Shown piece by piece: positions 49,371 to 59,690 of a stretch of DNA of 64,000 nucleotides. The notes under the pieces are model-generated. The model worked only from the letters and a program-made list of their open reading frames with translations. It did no database searches and was not told the DNA's origin. Position 1 is the first letter of the stretch. Each line of letters opens with the position of its first letter. The DNA is from Akkermansia muciniphila (GTDB taxonomy: Bacteria > Verrucomicrobiota > Verrucomicrobiia > Limisphaerales > SXTU01), in assembly GCA_945874145.1 (NCBI GenBank), contig CAMCFN010000005.1:12023-76022 (forward strand), read 5' to 3'. Made by a program: the position numbers and the translations under genes.

Positions 49371-51158
49371 CTACATCTGCTCGGTCGTCTCGATACCCAG
49401 CGCCTCCAATCCCTGCTTGAGCACCCGGCCAGTCAGCTCGCACAACAGCAGCCGCGTCGCCCGCTCCGCCCCTTCCGCCTTGAGCACCGGGCAGCTCTCG
49501 TAAAACCGCGCGAAGAGACCAGCCAGATCGTAGAGGTAATTGCAGAGGAAGTTTGGCCGGTATTCCTCAGCGACCGCTTCCAGCACGAGCCCGAAGTTCA
49601 TGAGTTGCTTCGCCAGCGCCAGCTCGTCCGGAGCAGCCAAGCTGACTCCTGACGCCTGGCTCCTGATGCCTGGCAACTCTCCCCCCTTGCGGAAAATGCT
49701 GCGCACCCGCGTGTAGGCATAAAGCAGATACGGCGCGGTGTTCCCCTGCAACGCCAGCATCTTCTCCCAACTGAACTGATAGTCGCTCTGCCGGTTGGGC
49801 AGCAGGTCCGCATACTTCACCGCGCCAAGGCCCACGACGCGGGCGATTTCGGGCCAAAGCGGTTCCGGCACTCGTTCTGCTTCCGGTCGTTCGAGCTGCT
49901 TGCCTTTCACGACGTTGAACGCTCGCAACTCCGCTTCGTCGAGCAAATCGCCCAGCTTCACCGTGTCGCCGCTGCGGGTTTTGAACGGCTTGCCGTCCTC
50001 GCCGAGAATCTTGCCGAAGCCAACATGAACGAGCTTCACCTGCTTGGCGGCGTCTGCCTGCCAGCGCGCAAACGTCAGGAAGAGCTTCTTGAAATGCCCT
50101 GATTGCCGGTCATCCACCACATACACGATCTGATCTGGAGCCCACGTCTTGAGCCGGTAATCCACCGTGGCCAAGTCCGTCGTCATGTAGTTGAAGCCGC
50201 CGTCGCTCTTCCGCACCAACGCCGGGTCAGGCACCCACTCGCCGTCGCGGTTCACAAGGAAGGCATCTTCCTTCGGCGGCACGGAACCATCGCTGAACAC
50301 CCCCACAGCCCCTTCGCTCTCACGGGCAATCCCCCGTCCCAGCAAGTCCACCACCACCGGGCCCAGTTGCGGATTGTAAAAGCTCTCGCCCAGCGCGTGG
50401 TCGAACTTCACACCCAACCGGCCGTAAATCGTGTCGAACTGCGCCTGCGACACCCGAATCATTTCCTGCCAGACCGCCGTGTTCTCCGCGTCCCCCGCCT
50501 GAAGTTTCACCAACTCCTGCTTGGCTTCCTCCAACCGCGCTAGGTTCGCATCGCATTCAGCGTTGATGACTTTGTAGAGGCGTTCCAGTTCGGCGATGGC
50601 GTCCTTGGCCAGCGCGTCTCGGTCGAGAATTTGCTTCCAGCCGAGCAGCAGTTTGCCGAACTGCGTGCCCCAGTCGCCGATGTGATTGTCGGTGATGACG
50701 CGGTGGCCCAGCAGCCGGAAAACGCGTTGCAGCGCGTCGCCAATCCCCGTGGACCGGATGTGCCCCACGTGCATCGGTTTGGCCACGTTCGGCGAGCTGA
50801 AGTCAATGACCACGGTGCGCGGCGTAGTGGCCTTCGCGAAGAAAAGGTGCTCCCCACGCGCCGCAGACTCCAGCACGCCGGCAAACGCCGCTGGCCGCAC
50901 GCGGAAGTTCAGGAAGCCCGGCCCGGCGATGTCCACGGCGTCACAGAGCTCGGTCACGTCGAGCGCGGCCTTCACCTGCTCCGCGAGCTGACGGGGGTTC
51001 AATTTCTGCGCCTTGGCCAGCGGCAAGAGCGCGTTGGACTGATAGTCGCCATGCCGCGCGTCCGGGCACGGACGCACGAGCACGATGGAGGTGTCCGCGT
51101 CCGGCAATATCGCCCGGACTGCGGCCTGAAGTTTCGTTTGGAGGATCAGATGCAACAT
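49371..51158 (-). CDS. argS: Arginine--tRNA ligase
   Basis: Start ATG 51158. HGDYQSN, SSPNVAKPMHVGHIRS (HIGH motif). C-terminal DALR anticodon-binding region. Confidence 0.95.
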   Translation of the reverse strand: MLHLILQTKLQAAVRAILPDADTSIVLVRPCPDARHGDYQSNALLPLAKAQKLNPRQLAEQVKAALDVTELCDAVDIAGPGFLNFRVRPAAFAGVLESAARGEHLFFAKATTPRTVVIDFSSPNVAKPMHVGHIRSTGIGDALQRVFRLLGHRVITDNHIGDWGTQFGKLLLGWKQILDRDALAKDAIAELERLYKVINAECDANLARLEEAKQELVKLQAGDAENTAVWQEMIRVSQAQFDTIYGRLGVKFDHALGESFYNPQLGPVVVDLLGRGIARESEGAVGVFSDGSVPPKEDAFLVNRDGEWVPDPALVRKSDGGFNYMTTDLATVDYRLKTWAPDQIVYVVDDRQSGHFKKLFLTFARWQADAAKQVKLVHVGFGKILGEDGKPFKTRSGDTVKLGDLLDEAELRAFNVVKGKQLERPEAERVPEPLWPEIARVVGLGAVKYADLLPNRQSDYQFSWEKMLALQGNTAPYLLYAYTRVRSIFRKGGELPGIRSQASGVSLAAPDELALAKQLMNFGLVLEAVAEEYRPNFLCNYLYDLAGLFARFYESCPVLKAEGAERATRLLLCELTGRVLKQGLEALGIETTEQM

Positions 51159-51390
51159 GGCTTCCGCAAAGGCGTGCAGGCTAACGACGCGCCTTGCAAG
51201 GTCGAGTGCAAAGCTCGGTTCCAGAACGCGCACTTCGCCCTGAGTGCGCCTTCCTCAGCATAGTGTTCGACGCACCGCCACCACGTAGCCGCGCTGGCGG
51301 TTCATCCGGGCCAGCCAAAAATAGTCTGGCAGCGCTCGTCCGCACGATTAAGCTGCCGCCCCTAATTCGGTTAATCCCGATCCAACCAAC

Positions 51391-52863
51391 ATGGAACCTA
51401 CAGGCGATATCGCAGTCATTGGCCTGGCCGTCATGGGCCAGAACCTCATCCTCAACATGAACGACCACGGCTTCACCGTCGTGGCCTACAACCGCACCAC
51501 GTCGAAGGTGGACGACTTCCTCGCCAACGAGGCCAAGGGCACAAAGGTGCTCGGCGCGCACTCCATCCCGGAGATGATGAGCAAGCTCAAGCGCCCCCGC
51601 CGTGTCATGCTCATGGTCAAGGCGGGGAAGCCGGTGGATGAATTCATCGAGACCCTCATGCCACACCTCGAAGCGGGTGACATCGTGATTGATGGCGGCA
51701 ATTCCCTTTTCGGCGACACCGACCGCCGCGTGAAGTATCTCGAATCAAAAGGCTTTCAATACATCGGCACCGGCGTGTCCGGCGGTGAAGAAGGCGCGCG
51801 GCGCGGGCCTTCGATCATGCCTGGTGGTTCGCACTCGGCGTGGGCCGCGGTGAAGCCGATCTTCCAGGGCATCTCGGCCAAGGTGGACGGCGGTGCGCCT
51901 TGCTGCGACTGGGTCGGCGAGGGCGGCGCGGGCCATTACGTGAAGATGGTCCACAACGGCATCGAATATGGCGACATGCAGCTCATCTGCGAGGCCTACA
52001 ACATCATGAAACACGGCCTGGGCATGAGTGCCGACGAGATGCACGAGGTGCTCAAGGAGTGGAACACCGGCGACCTCGACAGCTACCTCATCGAGATCAG
52101 CCGCGACATCCTCGCCAAGAAGGACGAGGACGGCGCGCCGCTTGTGGACAAGATTCTCGACACCGCCGGCCAGAAGGGCACGGGCAAGTGGACGGTGATC
52201 AACTCGCAGGACCTCGGCATCCCCATCACGCTGATGGCGGAGGCGGTTTACTCCCGCTGCGTCTCGGCGCTGAAGGATGAGCGCGTGAAGGCAGCGAAGA
52301 AGTTGAAAGGCCCGCGCCCGTTCCTCACCAGCATCGCCGCGAATCCCGAGCGCAAGAAGCAGTTCATCGCCGACATCCGCGACGCGCTCTACGCCTCGAA
52401 GATCGTCAGCTACGCGCAGGGCTACATGCTCATGCGCGCGGCGGCGAAGGAATACGGCTGGAACCTGAACTACGGCGGCATCGCCCTGATGTGGCGCGGC
52501 GGCTGCATCATCCGGTCGCGCTTCCTCGGCAAGATCAAGGAAGCCTACGAGAAGAATCCGAAGCTGATGAACCTGATGCTGGACGATTACTTCCGCGGCG
52601 AGATCAAGCGCTGCCAGAAAGGCTGGCGGAAGATTGTCTCGACGGCCGCGTTGCGCGGCATCCCGGTGCCGGCCTTCAGCACCGCGCTGGCCTTCTACGA
52701 CCAGTATCGCAGCGCCGTGCTGCCCGCGAACCTGCTCCAAGCGCAGCGCGATTACTTCGGTGCGCACACCTACGAGCGGCTGGACAAGCCGCGCGGCGAG
52801 TTCTTCCACACGAACTGGACCGGTCGCGGCGGCAACATCTCGTCGAGCACCTACAACGTGTAA
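51391..52863 (+). CDS. gnd: 6-phosphogluconate dehydrogenase (decarboxylating)
   Basis: IGLAVMGQNLILN, GTGVSGGEEGAR, HYVKMVHNGIEYGDMQLI, QAQRDYFGAHTYER. Confidence 0.95.
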   Translation: MEPTGDIAVIGLAVMGQNLILNMNDHGFTVVAYNRTTSKVDDFLANEAKGTKVLGAHSIPEMMSKLKRPRRVMLMVKAGKPVDEFIETLMPHLEAGDIVIDGGNSLFGDTDRRVKYLESKGFQYIGTGVSGGEEGARRGPSIMPGGSHSAWAAVKPIFQGISAKVDGGAPCCDWVGEGGAGHYVKMVHNGIEYGDMQLICEAYNIMKHGLGMSADEMHEVLKEWNTGDLDSYLIEISRDILAKKDEDGAPLVDKILDTAGQKGTGKWTVINSQDLGIPITLMAEAVYSRCVSALKDERVKAAKKLKGPRPFLTSIAANPERKKQFIADIRDALYASKIVSYAQGYMLMRAAAKEYGWNLNYGGIALMWRGGCIIRSRFLGKIKEAYEKNPKLMNLMLDDYFRGEIKRCQKGWRKIVSTAALRGIPVPAFSTALAFYDQYRSAVLPANLLQAQRDYFGAHTYERLDKPRGEFFHTNWTGRGGNISSSTYNV

Positions 52864-52888
52864 CCAGCACGCCTCGCTTTAGCCGCAC

Positions 52889-52926
52889 AGCCGGCAGTTG
52901 CCCTCCGTTGCAACTGTCGGCTTTTT
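52889..52926 (+). terminator. Rho-independent terminator after gnd
   Basis: AGCCGGCAGTTGC ... GCAACTGTCGGCT stem (one G-T pair) followed by TTTTT. Begins 26 nt after the stop. Confidence 0.7.
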
Positions 52927-52977
52927 GCTGACATTTTTCTTCACCGTCCGCGCCAAATCCGCCATCGTCCGCGGCCT

Positions 52978-53784
52978 ATGAACTTGTTCGATTTGCAAGG
53001 TGAAGTCGCCGTCGTCATTGGAGCCACGGGCGTGCTCGGCGGGGCGCTGGCAGACGGTCTCGCGGAAGCGGGCGCGAAGGTCGCGGTCCTCGGCCGCAAC
53101 GCCGAACGCGGCGAAGCGCGCGTGAAAACCATCCAGAGCAAAGGTGGCCAGGCGGCGTTCTTCAACTGCGATGCCATCTCACGCTGCTCGCTCACCGAGG
53201 CGCATGAACAAATCGAGGCCAAGCTTGGCGCGCCCACCATTCTCGTGAACGCGGCCGGCGGCAACGCCCCGCAAGTCACAGTCACGGCGGAGCGCCCGTT
53301 CGAGCAAATCCAGCTCGCTGACTGGCAAGCGAACTTCGACCTCAATCTCGCCGGCGGCGTGCTGCTGCCCTGCCAGGAGTTCGGCCCCGCGATGTGCAAG
53401 CGCGGACGCGGCAGCATCATCAACATCGCCAGCGTCTCAGCGCACCTGCCGCTCTCACGCGTGGTCACTTACTCCGCCGCGAAGGCCGCCGTATTGAGCC
53501 TTTCGCAATTCCTCGCGCGTGAGTGGGCGACAAAGGGCGTGCGCGTGAACACGCTCACACCAGGCTTCTTCCCCGCCGAACAAAACCGCAAGCTGCTCTT
53601 CAACGAGGACGGCTCACCCACCGCGCGCACCAAGTCCATCTGGGGCCACACGCCGATGAACCGCTTCGGCGAGTCGCACGAGCTGATGGGCGCGTGCCTC
53701 TTCCTCGCCAGCCACAAGGCCAGCAGCTTCGTGACGGGCACGGACATCCGGGTGGATGGTGGATTCCTGAGCCAGACGATTTGA
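52978..53784 (+). CDS. SDR-family oxidoreductase
   Basis: VIGATGVLGGALA (TGxxxGxG), NAAGG, YSAAKAA (YxxxK). Confidence 0.9.
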   Translation: MNLFDLQGEVAVVIGATGVLGGALADGLAEAGAKVAVLGRNAERGEARVKTIQSKGGQAAFFNCDAISRCSLTEAHEQIEAKLGAPTILVNAAGGNAPQVTVTAERPFEQIQLADWQANFDLNLAGGVLLPCQEFGPAMCKRGRGSIINIASVSAHLPLSRVVTYSAAKAAVLSLSQFLAREWATKGVRVNTLTPGFFPAEQNRKLLFNEDGSPTARTKSIWGHTPMNRFGESHELMGACLFLASHKASSFVTGTDIRVDGGFLSQTI

Positions 53785-53798
53785 ACTGCGAGCTTCCC

Positions 53799-55340
53799 AT
53801 GCAAACCATCTCTATCCTTGGCTCCGCTGTGTTGCTCCTGGCTTCCGGGATTTTCTCCGCACATTCAGCCGAGAAGTCTCCGAGCTCGACCACCAACTCC
53901 CCAGTTGAAACCAAGAAGGACACTGCTGCCAAGGAATCAACTGCGCCAGTTGTCACGGATGGTTCGGTGATCATCGCGGGCAAGGCCATTCACTACCGCG
54001 CATCGGCTGGGACGCTTCCGATCCTCGGCAAGGACGGCAAGCCAACCGCTCAGGTCTTCTACATCGCCTACACCCAGACCAACAAAGTGGACGCGGCTGA
54101 ACGGCCGATCACCTACTGCTTCAACGGCGGTCCCGGGAGCAGCTCGGTCTGGTTGCACCTCGGAGCGTTCGGACCGAAGCGAGTGGACTTTCCCGGCGAC
54201 GGCACCACGCCTCCGCGTCCGCCCGGCCGGCTCATTTCGAACGAGTTTTCGCTGCTCGATGTGACTGACCTCGTCTTCATTGATCCCGTCAGCACTGGCT
54301 ACAGCCGTCCTGAACAACCGGACAAGGCCGCAGATTTCTACGGCCAAAGCAACGACATCGCGACGGTCGCCGAGTTCATCCGGCTTCACACGACACGCGA
54401 GAAGCGCTGGCGGTCGCCGAAGTTCCTCGCGGGGGAAAGCTACGGCGTCTTCCGTGCTGCAGGCTTGGCGAACCATCTTCAGAGCCGGTTCAACCTCTAC
54501 CTGAATGGTCTCGTCCTCGTTTCCGGCGTCATTGATTTCGAGACCATCCGCGCTGAAGGCCTGACCGACACGCCGTATGTCTGTTTCCTGTCTGCTCTCA
54601 CGGCGGCGGCTCACCATCACAAGAAACTCCCGGCAGACCTCCAGGCCGATTTCAAGAAAGCCATCGGCGAAGCTCGCACCTTCGCGGATGGCGACTACGC
54701 CCGTGCGCTTCGAATTGGCGCGGCCCTTCCACCTGCGGAGCGCAAAGCCGCAGTGGACAAACTCGCTCGCCTGACCGGCCTTGCGACTAGCTACATCGAG
54801 GAACGCGATCTGCGCGTCTCCGCCTTCGAGTTCCGCAAGCAACTGCTCAAATCAGAGGGCAAGATCATTGGCCGCTTCGACGCCCGTGTGATCTCCCGAG
54901 ATGGCAACGCCGCAGCAACCAGGCCCGAGTTCGATCCCAGCCATGTCCTCGTCAGCGGCGTCTTCTCGTCGGCGATGAACAGCTATGTGCGCGAGGAATT
55001 GAAGTTCGAGAAGGATTTGCCCTACGAAATCCTGACCGGCGTGAATCCGTGGCCTTGGGGGCGGACCACAGGTTATCCCAGCACCGGCCCCGATCTTGCC
55101 ACCGCCCTGAAGGAGAATCCCCACCTCAAGGTGCTAATCCAATGCGCGTGGCGTGATCTCGCGTGTCCGCCCGACGGCATCCTGCACAGCGTCCGCCAAC
55201 TGGCCATTCCCGCTGAGCTCCGCGGCAACATCCGGGTCGAGGAATACGAGGCCGGCCACATGCTATACCTCAATCCGCCCGACTTGAAGAAGTCCGCCAC
55301 CGACATCAAGGACTTCATCCGCAAGACCGTCATCAACTGA
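53799..55340 (+). CDS. Peptidase S10 (serine carboxypeptidase-like), secreted
   Basis: Start ATG 53799 with signal peptide. NGGPGSSS and GESYG catalytic-serine motif. The upstream ORF extension overlaps the SDR gene and is rejected. Confidence 0.85.
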   Translation: MQTISILGSAVLLLASGIFSAHSAEKSPSSTTNSPVETKKDTAAKESTAPVVTDGSVIIAGKAIHYRASAGTLPILGKDGKPTAQVFYIAYTQTNKVDAAERPITYCFNGGPGSSSVWLHLGAFGPKRVDFPGDGTTPPRPPGRLISNEFSLLDVTDLVFIDPVSTGYSRPEQPDKAADFYGQSNDIATVAEFIRLHTTREKRWRSPKFLAGESYGVFRAAGLANHLQSRFNLYLNGLVLVSGVIDFETIRAEGLTDTPYVCFLSALTAAAHHHKKLPADLQADFKKAIGEARTFADGDYARALRIGAALPPAERKAAVDKLARLTGLATSYIEERDLRVSAFEFRKQLLKSEGKIIGRFDARVISRDGNAAATRPEFDPSHVLVSGVFSSAMNSYVREELKFEKDLPYEILTGVNPWPWGRTTGYPSTGPDLATALKENPHLKVLIQCAWRDLACPPDGILHSVRQLAIPAELRGNIRVEEYEAGHMLYLNPPDLKKSATDIKDFIRKTVIN

Positions 55341-55355
55341 CCGACAGCCGCGAAG

Positions 55356-56648
55356 ATGAACCTCCTCTCCTCCACCGCCGCGCAAGGCTCCACCACCTCC
55401 CTCTCTCAAGTCGCCGACCTCGTCGCGCAGGCGTGCCCGGCCAAGGTTTATCACGGCAAGAAGGTGCTGCTCATCGTGCCCGATGCCACGCGCACTGCGC
55501 CGGTGGGGCTGATGTTCCAGACGCTGTTCAAGCAAATCGGCGCGGTCACGGCGAACTTCGACATCCTCATCGCGCTCGGCACGCACCAACCCATGAATGA
55601 GGCGGCGATTTGCGACCGGCTGGAAATCTCCGCCGCGGAGCGCGCGGCCACCTACGGTGCGGTGCGTTTCTTCAACCACGAGTGGGACAACCCCGCCGCG
55701 CTCACGAACATCGGCACGCTCACGAAGGCCGACACCCGCGAACTGTCCGACGGCTTGTTCGAGTTGGACGTGCCAGTGGAGGTCAACAAGCGCGTCTTCG
55801 ACTACGACCAAGTCGTCATCATCGGCCCGGTGTTTCCGCACGAGGTCGTGGGCTTCAGCGGCGGCAACAAGTATCTGTTTCCCGGTGTCGCAGGACCGGA
55901 GATTTTGAACTTCTTCCACTGGCTGGGCGGCTGTGTGACCAACCCAATGACCATCGGCAACAAGTGGACACCCGTCCGCCGCGTCGTGGACCGCGTGGGT
56001 GCAATGGTGAAGGTCAGCAAGCTCTGCATGGCGATGGTCGTGCGCCCGGACAAGTCGCTGGCCGGTCTCTTCATCGGCTCGCCCGAGGCTGCGTGGGACG
56101 CAGCGGCCGACGTGTCGCGTGCGGAGCATATTGTCTTTCGCGACCGGCCTTACCACACCGTGCTCTCCTGCGCGCCCAAGATGTATGAGGACGTTTGGAC
56201 CGCCGGGAAGGCGATGTATAAACTGGAGCCGGTCGTGGCCGACGGCGGCGAACTCATCATCTACGCGCCGCACGTCACCGAGGTGAGCGTCACCCACAAC
56301 AAGACGATGCTTGCGGTCGGCTACCACTGCCGCGACTACTTCCTCAAGCAGTGGGACCAGTTTAAGCACCACCCGTGGGGTGTGCTTGCGCACAGCACAC
56401 ACGTGCGCGGCATCGGCACGTTCGAGAACGGCGTCGAGAAGTGCCGCATCAAGGTCACCCTTGCCACCGGCATTCCGCGCGAGGTCTGCGAACGCATCAA
56501 CATGGGCTATCGCGACCCGTCGACGATTGACATCGAAAGCTACGCGGACCGCGAGTCCGAGGGCGTGCTGCTGGTGCGCAAGGCCGGCGAGATGCTGTTC
56601 AAGTTGTCGAATCCGCCGGCGTGGCAGAAGGGCGTGGAGAAGGTGTAG
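55356..56648 (+). CDS. LarA-like (DUF2088, lactate-racemase-family) protein
   Basis: LLIVPDATRTAP, ALGTHQPM, GFSGGNKYLFPG resemble the LarA N-terminal domain pattern. 430 aa. Confidence 0.8.
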   Translation: MNLLSSTAAQGSTTSLSQVADLVAQACPAKVYHGKKVLLIVPDATRTAPVGLMFQTLFKQIGAVTANFDILIALGTHQPMNEAAICDRLEISAAERAATYGAVRFFNHEWDNPAALTNIGTLTKADTRELSDGLFELDVPVEVNKRVFDYDQVVIIGPVFPHEVVGFSGGNKYLFPGVAGPEILNFFHWLGGCVTNPMTIGNKWTPVRRVVDRVGAMVKVSKLCMAMVVRPDKSLAGLFIGSPEAAWDAAADVSRAEHIVFRDRPYHTVLSCAPKMYEDVWTAGKAMYKLEPVVADGGELIIYAPHVTEVSVTHNKTMLAVGYHCRDYFLKQWDQFKHHPWGVLAHSTHVRGIGTFENGVEKCRIKVTLATGIPREVCERINMGYRDPSTIDIESYADRESEGVLLVRKAGEMLFKLSNPPAWQKGVEKV

Positions 56649-56658
56649 CGGAGGAAGA

Positions 56659-56741
56659 AGTAGTCAGTGTTCAGTATCCAGTCGTCCTTCGTTGCCCTCC
56701 AGACTCACTGAACACTGGTTACTGAACACTGAATACTTCCC
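56659..56741 (+). repeat. Heptad-periodic inverted-array element, copy 3
   Basis: Left arm: AGTAGTC AGTGTTC AGTATCC AGTCGTC (56659-56686). 20-nt spacer. Right arm: ACTGAAC ACTGGTT ACTGAAC ACTGAAT ACTTCCC (56707-56741). Confidence 0.75.
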
Positions 56742-56797
56742 TGTAACATCCCCCTGCCCCGCCGCGTCCAAACACCTGACAGCAACACAATATAATC

Positions 56798-57148
56798 ATG
56801 CGCTCCCTCACTCGTTCCCTCCTCGCTCTGGCCCTCGCCACCGCGTTTTCGCTCTTCACCCCCGACGCCTCGGCGGCGGACAAGAAAGCCCCGAAGGATA
56901 ATTCTTTGCATGGCAAAATCACCGCCGTGAACAAGGAGGCAAAAACCCTCACGCTCGCGGGCTACACCGTGAACGTGGATGACACCACGGAGATCAGCAA
57001 CTCAGGCAAGCCCGGCAAGCTGGAGGATCTGAAGCCCGGCACCGAGGCCACCGTGACCACCTTCAAGTTGGGTGAGAAAGTGATGGCGGTGAAAATCAAG
57101 ACTGGCGCAGTCGCTCCGACCGCAGCCCCCGCCAAGAAAAAGAAGTAA
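56798..57148 (+). CDS. Small secreted beta-rich protein with a Lys-rich tail (possibly DUF5666-like)
   Basis: Signal peptide LLALALATAFSLFTPDASA. GKITAVNKEAKTLTLAGYTVNVDDTTEI. Ends APAKKKK. Confidence 0.65.
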   Translation: MRSLTRSLLALALATAFSLFTPDASAADKKAPKDNSLHGKITAVNKEAKTLTLAGYTVNVDDTTEISNSGKPGKLEDLKPGTEATVTTFKLGEKVMAVKIKTGAVAPTAAPAKKKK

Positions 57149-57167
57149 GCGGCAAATTTTTCCGGCG

Positions 57168-57206
57168 CACCCGCTCCAGTTTCGACTGCAGCGGGTGTTT
57201 GCTTTT
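57168..57206 (+). terminator. Stem-loop with T-rich tail after the small secreted-protein gene
   Basis: CACCCGCT ... AGCGGGTG (8-bp stem, 14-nt loop) followed by TTTGCTTTT. Confidence 0.5.
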
Positions 57207-57279
57207 CCGGAGTGCTGCTCGCCAGCGCAGGCTTGGCTTCCCAGCGCGCTTCCGCTTTGCTCTCGGTCAAACCCAAGCC

Positions 57280-58227
57280 ATGACCGAATCGCTCGCCACC
57301 GCGCAGAAGACCTTCCGCACCATCGCCGCCAACATCGAGACGGTGATGCACGGGCAAGGTGCCGCCGTCCGCAAGCTGCTCACGGCCTTCGCCAGCGGCG
57401 GCCATGTGCTGCTGGAGGATTATCCCGGCACCGGCAAGACCACCCTGGCCAAGACGCTCGCCCGCAGCATCAACGCCAGCTTCAAGCGCGTGCAGTTCAC
57501 CCCCGACCTGCTACCCAGCGACATCCTTGGCGTTTCCATTTTCAACCAGCGCGACCAGAGCTTCGAGTTCCGCTCCGGTCCCATCTTTACCAACATCCTG
57601 CTGGCGGACGAAATCAATCGCGCCTCACCGCGCACGCAGTCGGCGCTGCTCGAAGCAATGGGCGAGGGTCAGGTAAGCGTGGAAGGCGACCGGCGCGATT
57701 TGGAGAGCCTGTTCTTCGTCATTGCCACGCAGAACCCGGTGGAGTTTCGCGGCACCTACCCGCTGCCGGAGGCGCAGATGGACCGCTTCGCGCTCCAATT
57801 CAGCCTCGGCTACGTGAGCGCGGCGGAGGAAGTCGCCGTGTTGTCCGCACAAGAGAAATCCCACCCGCTCGACCGCGCGGGCGCAGTGGTCTCGAAGGAC
57901 GATGTGCTCGCGCTCAAGCGCGCCGTGACCGAAGTCCGCATCAGCGACGAACTGAAGCGATACATCGTGGATCTCGTCTCGGCCACGCGCACAGCCAGCG
58001 GCGTCTCGCTCGGAGCCAGCCCGCGCGCGTCGCTCTCGCTAATGAAGGTGGCGCAGGCCTCAGCGCTCTTCGACGGCAGCGAGTTCGTGACGCCGGAGCA
58101 TGTGCAGCAGATGGCCGTGCCGGTCATCGCCCACCGCATGGTGATGGACCCGCAGGCGCGCTTCAGCGGCGTGACCGCGCGGGGCGTAGTGGAGGAACTG
58201 GTGAAGAAGCTGAAAGTGCCGGCGTGA
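57280..58227 (+). CDS. MoxR-like AAA+ ATPase
   Basis: Start ATG 57280. GHVLLEDYPGTGKTTLAK (Walker A), LLADEINRASPRTQSALLEAM (Walker B / sensor). Confidence 0.95.
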   Translation: MTESLATAQKTFRTIAANIETVMHGQGAAVRKLLTAFASGGHVLLEDYPGTGKTTLAKTLARSINASFKRVQFTPDLLPSDILGVSIFNQRDQSFEFRSGPIFTNILLADEINRASPRTQSALLEAMGEGQVSVEGDRRDLESLFFVIATQNPVEFRGTYPLPEAQMDRFALQFSLGYVSAAEEVAVLSAQEKSHPLDRAGAVVSKDDVLALKRAVTEVRISDELKRYIVDLVSATRTASGVSLGASPRASLSLMKVAQASALFDGSEFVTPEHVQQMAVPVIAHRMVMDPQARFSGVTARGVVEELVKKLKVPA

Positions 58228-59681
58228 GTTGGGGCACGCCACAAATTGAGCAAGTGAACATCAAACCCAAAGCGCCCCAGACGCCAGGTTCGCTTTCTCA
58301 CCCGTCCGCCTTCTCACCGGCTCGCGCTTCCTGGCTCCAAACCCGTCTCCATGCAAGCTATCGCCTGTCCTCCGGCTTCACTTGGTGGTGGCGGCGGCGG
58401 TTCACCAAGGCTGGCTGGCTGGTCCTGCTGGCCATCATTGCGACTGGAATGATGGGGGCGGACACCAATCTTTCCCTCGCTTATCAGGCGTTCGTCTTTC
58501 TCTGCCTGCTGCTGATCGCGGCACTGGCAGGCACGCAATTTTCCCGCACCAAGCTCCGTGCCGAGCGCGTCCTGCCACGCTTTGGATCGGTCAGCCTGCC
58601 ACTGAGTTACACCATCGTTCTCCACAACCTCACGACGAAGGCGCAGCGCGGTCTCTCCGTGACAGAGGAGCTGGCTGACCCGCGGCCGTCGTTGGAGCAA
58701 TTCATCTCCACGCCAGAACCGGGTGAAGAGCAGCGCAACTGGTATGATCGCAGCAACGGCTACTACCGCTGGAACTGGCTGCTGCGGCAGAACGTGCGCG
58801 GTCGGGTGCAGGAATCACCCTGCCCGGACCTGCCACCCGGCGGCGCGACGGAGGTGCGCGTGGATCTGATCCCCGCGCGGCGCGGCGTGCTCCGCTTCGA
58901 CTGCGTGGCCGTCGCCTGCCCGGACCCGTTTGGGCTGTTTCGCACCTTCGTCCGCGTGCCGCTGCCGCAATCGCTGCTCATTCTGCCCAAGCGCTACTTC
59001 GTTCCACCGCTCGCGCTGCCCGGCCAGTTGAAATACCAGCAAGGCGGCGTGGCGCTCGCGGCGAGCGTGGGGGAGTCCGAGGAATTTGTTGCCCTCCGCG
59101 ACTACCGTCCCGGGGATGCGCTCCGACACATCCACTGGCCGAGCTGGGCGAAGACCGGCAAGCCCATCGTGAAGGAGTTTCAGGACGAGTTCTTCACCCG
59201 GCACGCGCTCATCCTCGACACCTTTCTGCCGGTGGCGGCGAGCGCGGTCTTCGAGGAGGCGGTGAGCGTGGCGGCGTCGCTTGCCTGCACCGTGCAAGCG
59301 CAGGAATCGTTGCTCGATCTGATGTTCGTCGGGCCACAGGCGTATTGCTTCACTATGGGGCGCGGTGTCGGGCACCTGGAGCAACTGCTGGAAATCCTCG
59401 CCTCGGTGCAGCCGTGTCGTGACCGGGAGTTCAACTCCCTCCTTCAGCTCGTGCTTCAGCACGCCGGCGAGTTGAGCGGCTGCCTGTGCGTGTTCGTGGA
59501 CTGGGACAAGCCGCGTCAAGAGTTCATCCGCCACTTGCGCGAGATGGGCGTGCCGCTGATGGTGCTAGTCGTGACCACCTCCAACGCGCCGCAACTCGAT
59601 CCCGGCCCGATGAAGGCGGAGCCGGAGCGGTTCCGGCAGTTGAAACTGGGGCAGGTGGCGGAGGAGTTGGAGAAGTTATGA
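58224..59681 (+). CDS. DUF58-domain protein
   Basis: GTGA overlap with the MoxR stop (start uncertain). Two TM helices. GESEEFVALRDYRPGDALRHIHW is the DUF58 signature. Confidence 0.82.
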   Translation: MSWGTPQIEQVNIKPKAPQTPGSLSHPSAFSPARASWLQTRLHASYRLSSGFTWWWRRRFTKAGWLVLLAIIATGMMGADTNLSLAYQAFVFLCLLLIAALAGTQFSRTKLRAERVLPRFGSVSLPLSYTIVLHNLTTKAQRGLSVTEELADPRPSLEQFISTPEPGEEQRNWYDRSNGYYRWNWLLRQNVRGRVQESPCPDLPPGGATEVRVDLIPARRGVLRFDCVAVACPDPFGLFRTFVRVPLPQSLLILPKRYFVPPLALPGQLKYQQGGVALAASVGESEEFVALRDYRPGDALRHIHWPSWAKTGKPIVKEFQDEFFTRHALILDTFLPVAASAVFEEAVSVAASLACTVQAQESLLDLMFVGPQAYCFTMGRGVGHLEQLLEILASVQPCRDREFNSLLQLVLQHAGELSGCLCVFVDWDKPRQEFIRHLREMGVPLMVLVVTTSNAPQLDPGPMKAEPERFRQLKLGQVAEELEKL

Positions 59682-59690
59682 ACAACGGGT

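Noticed and set aside
53523-53798. 92-codon extension of the S10 peptidase ORF.
   Set aside because: It overlaps the 3' end of the SDR gene in another frame. A proper signal peptide begins at ATG 53799.
57195-58223. N-terminal 343 codons of the 828-aa ORF 57195-59681.
   Set aside because: This part is merely an open alternative frame across the MoxR gene (Arg/Pro-rich, no motifs). Only the portion after the MoxR stop (DUF58) is accepted.
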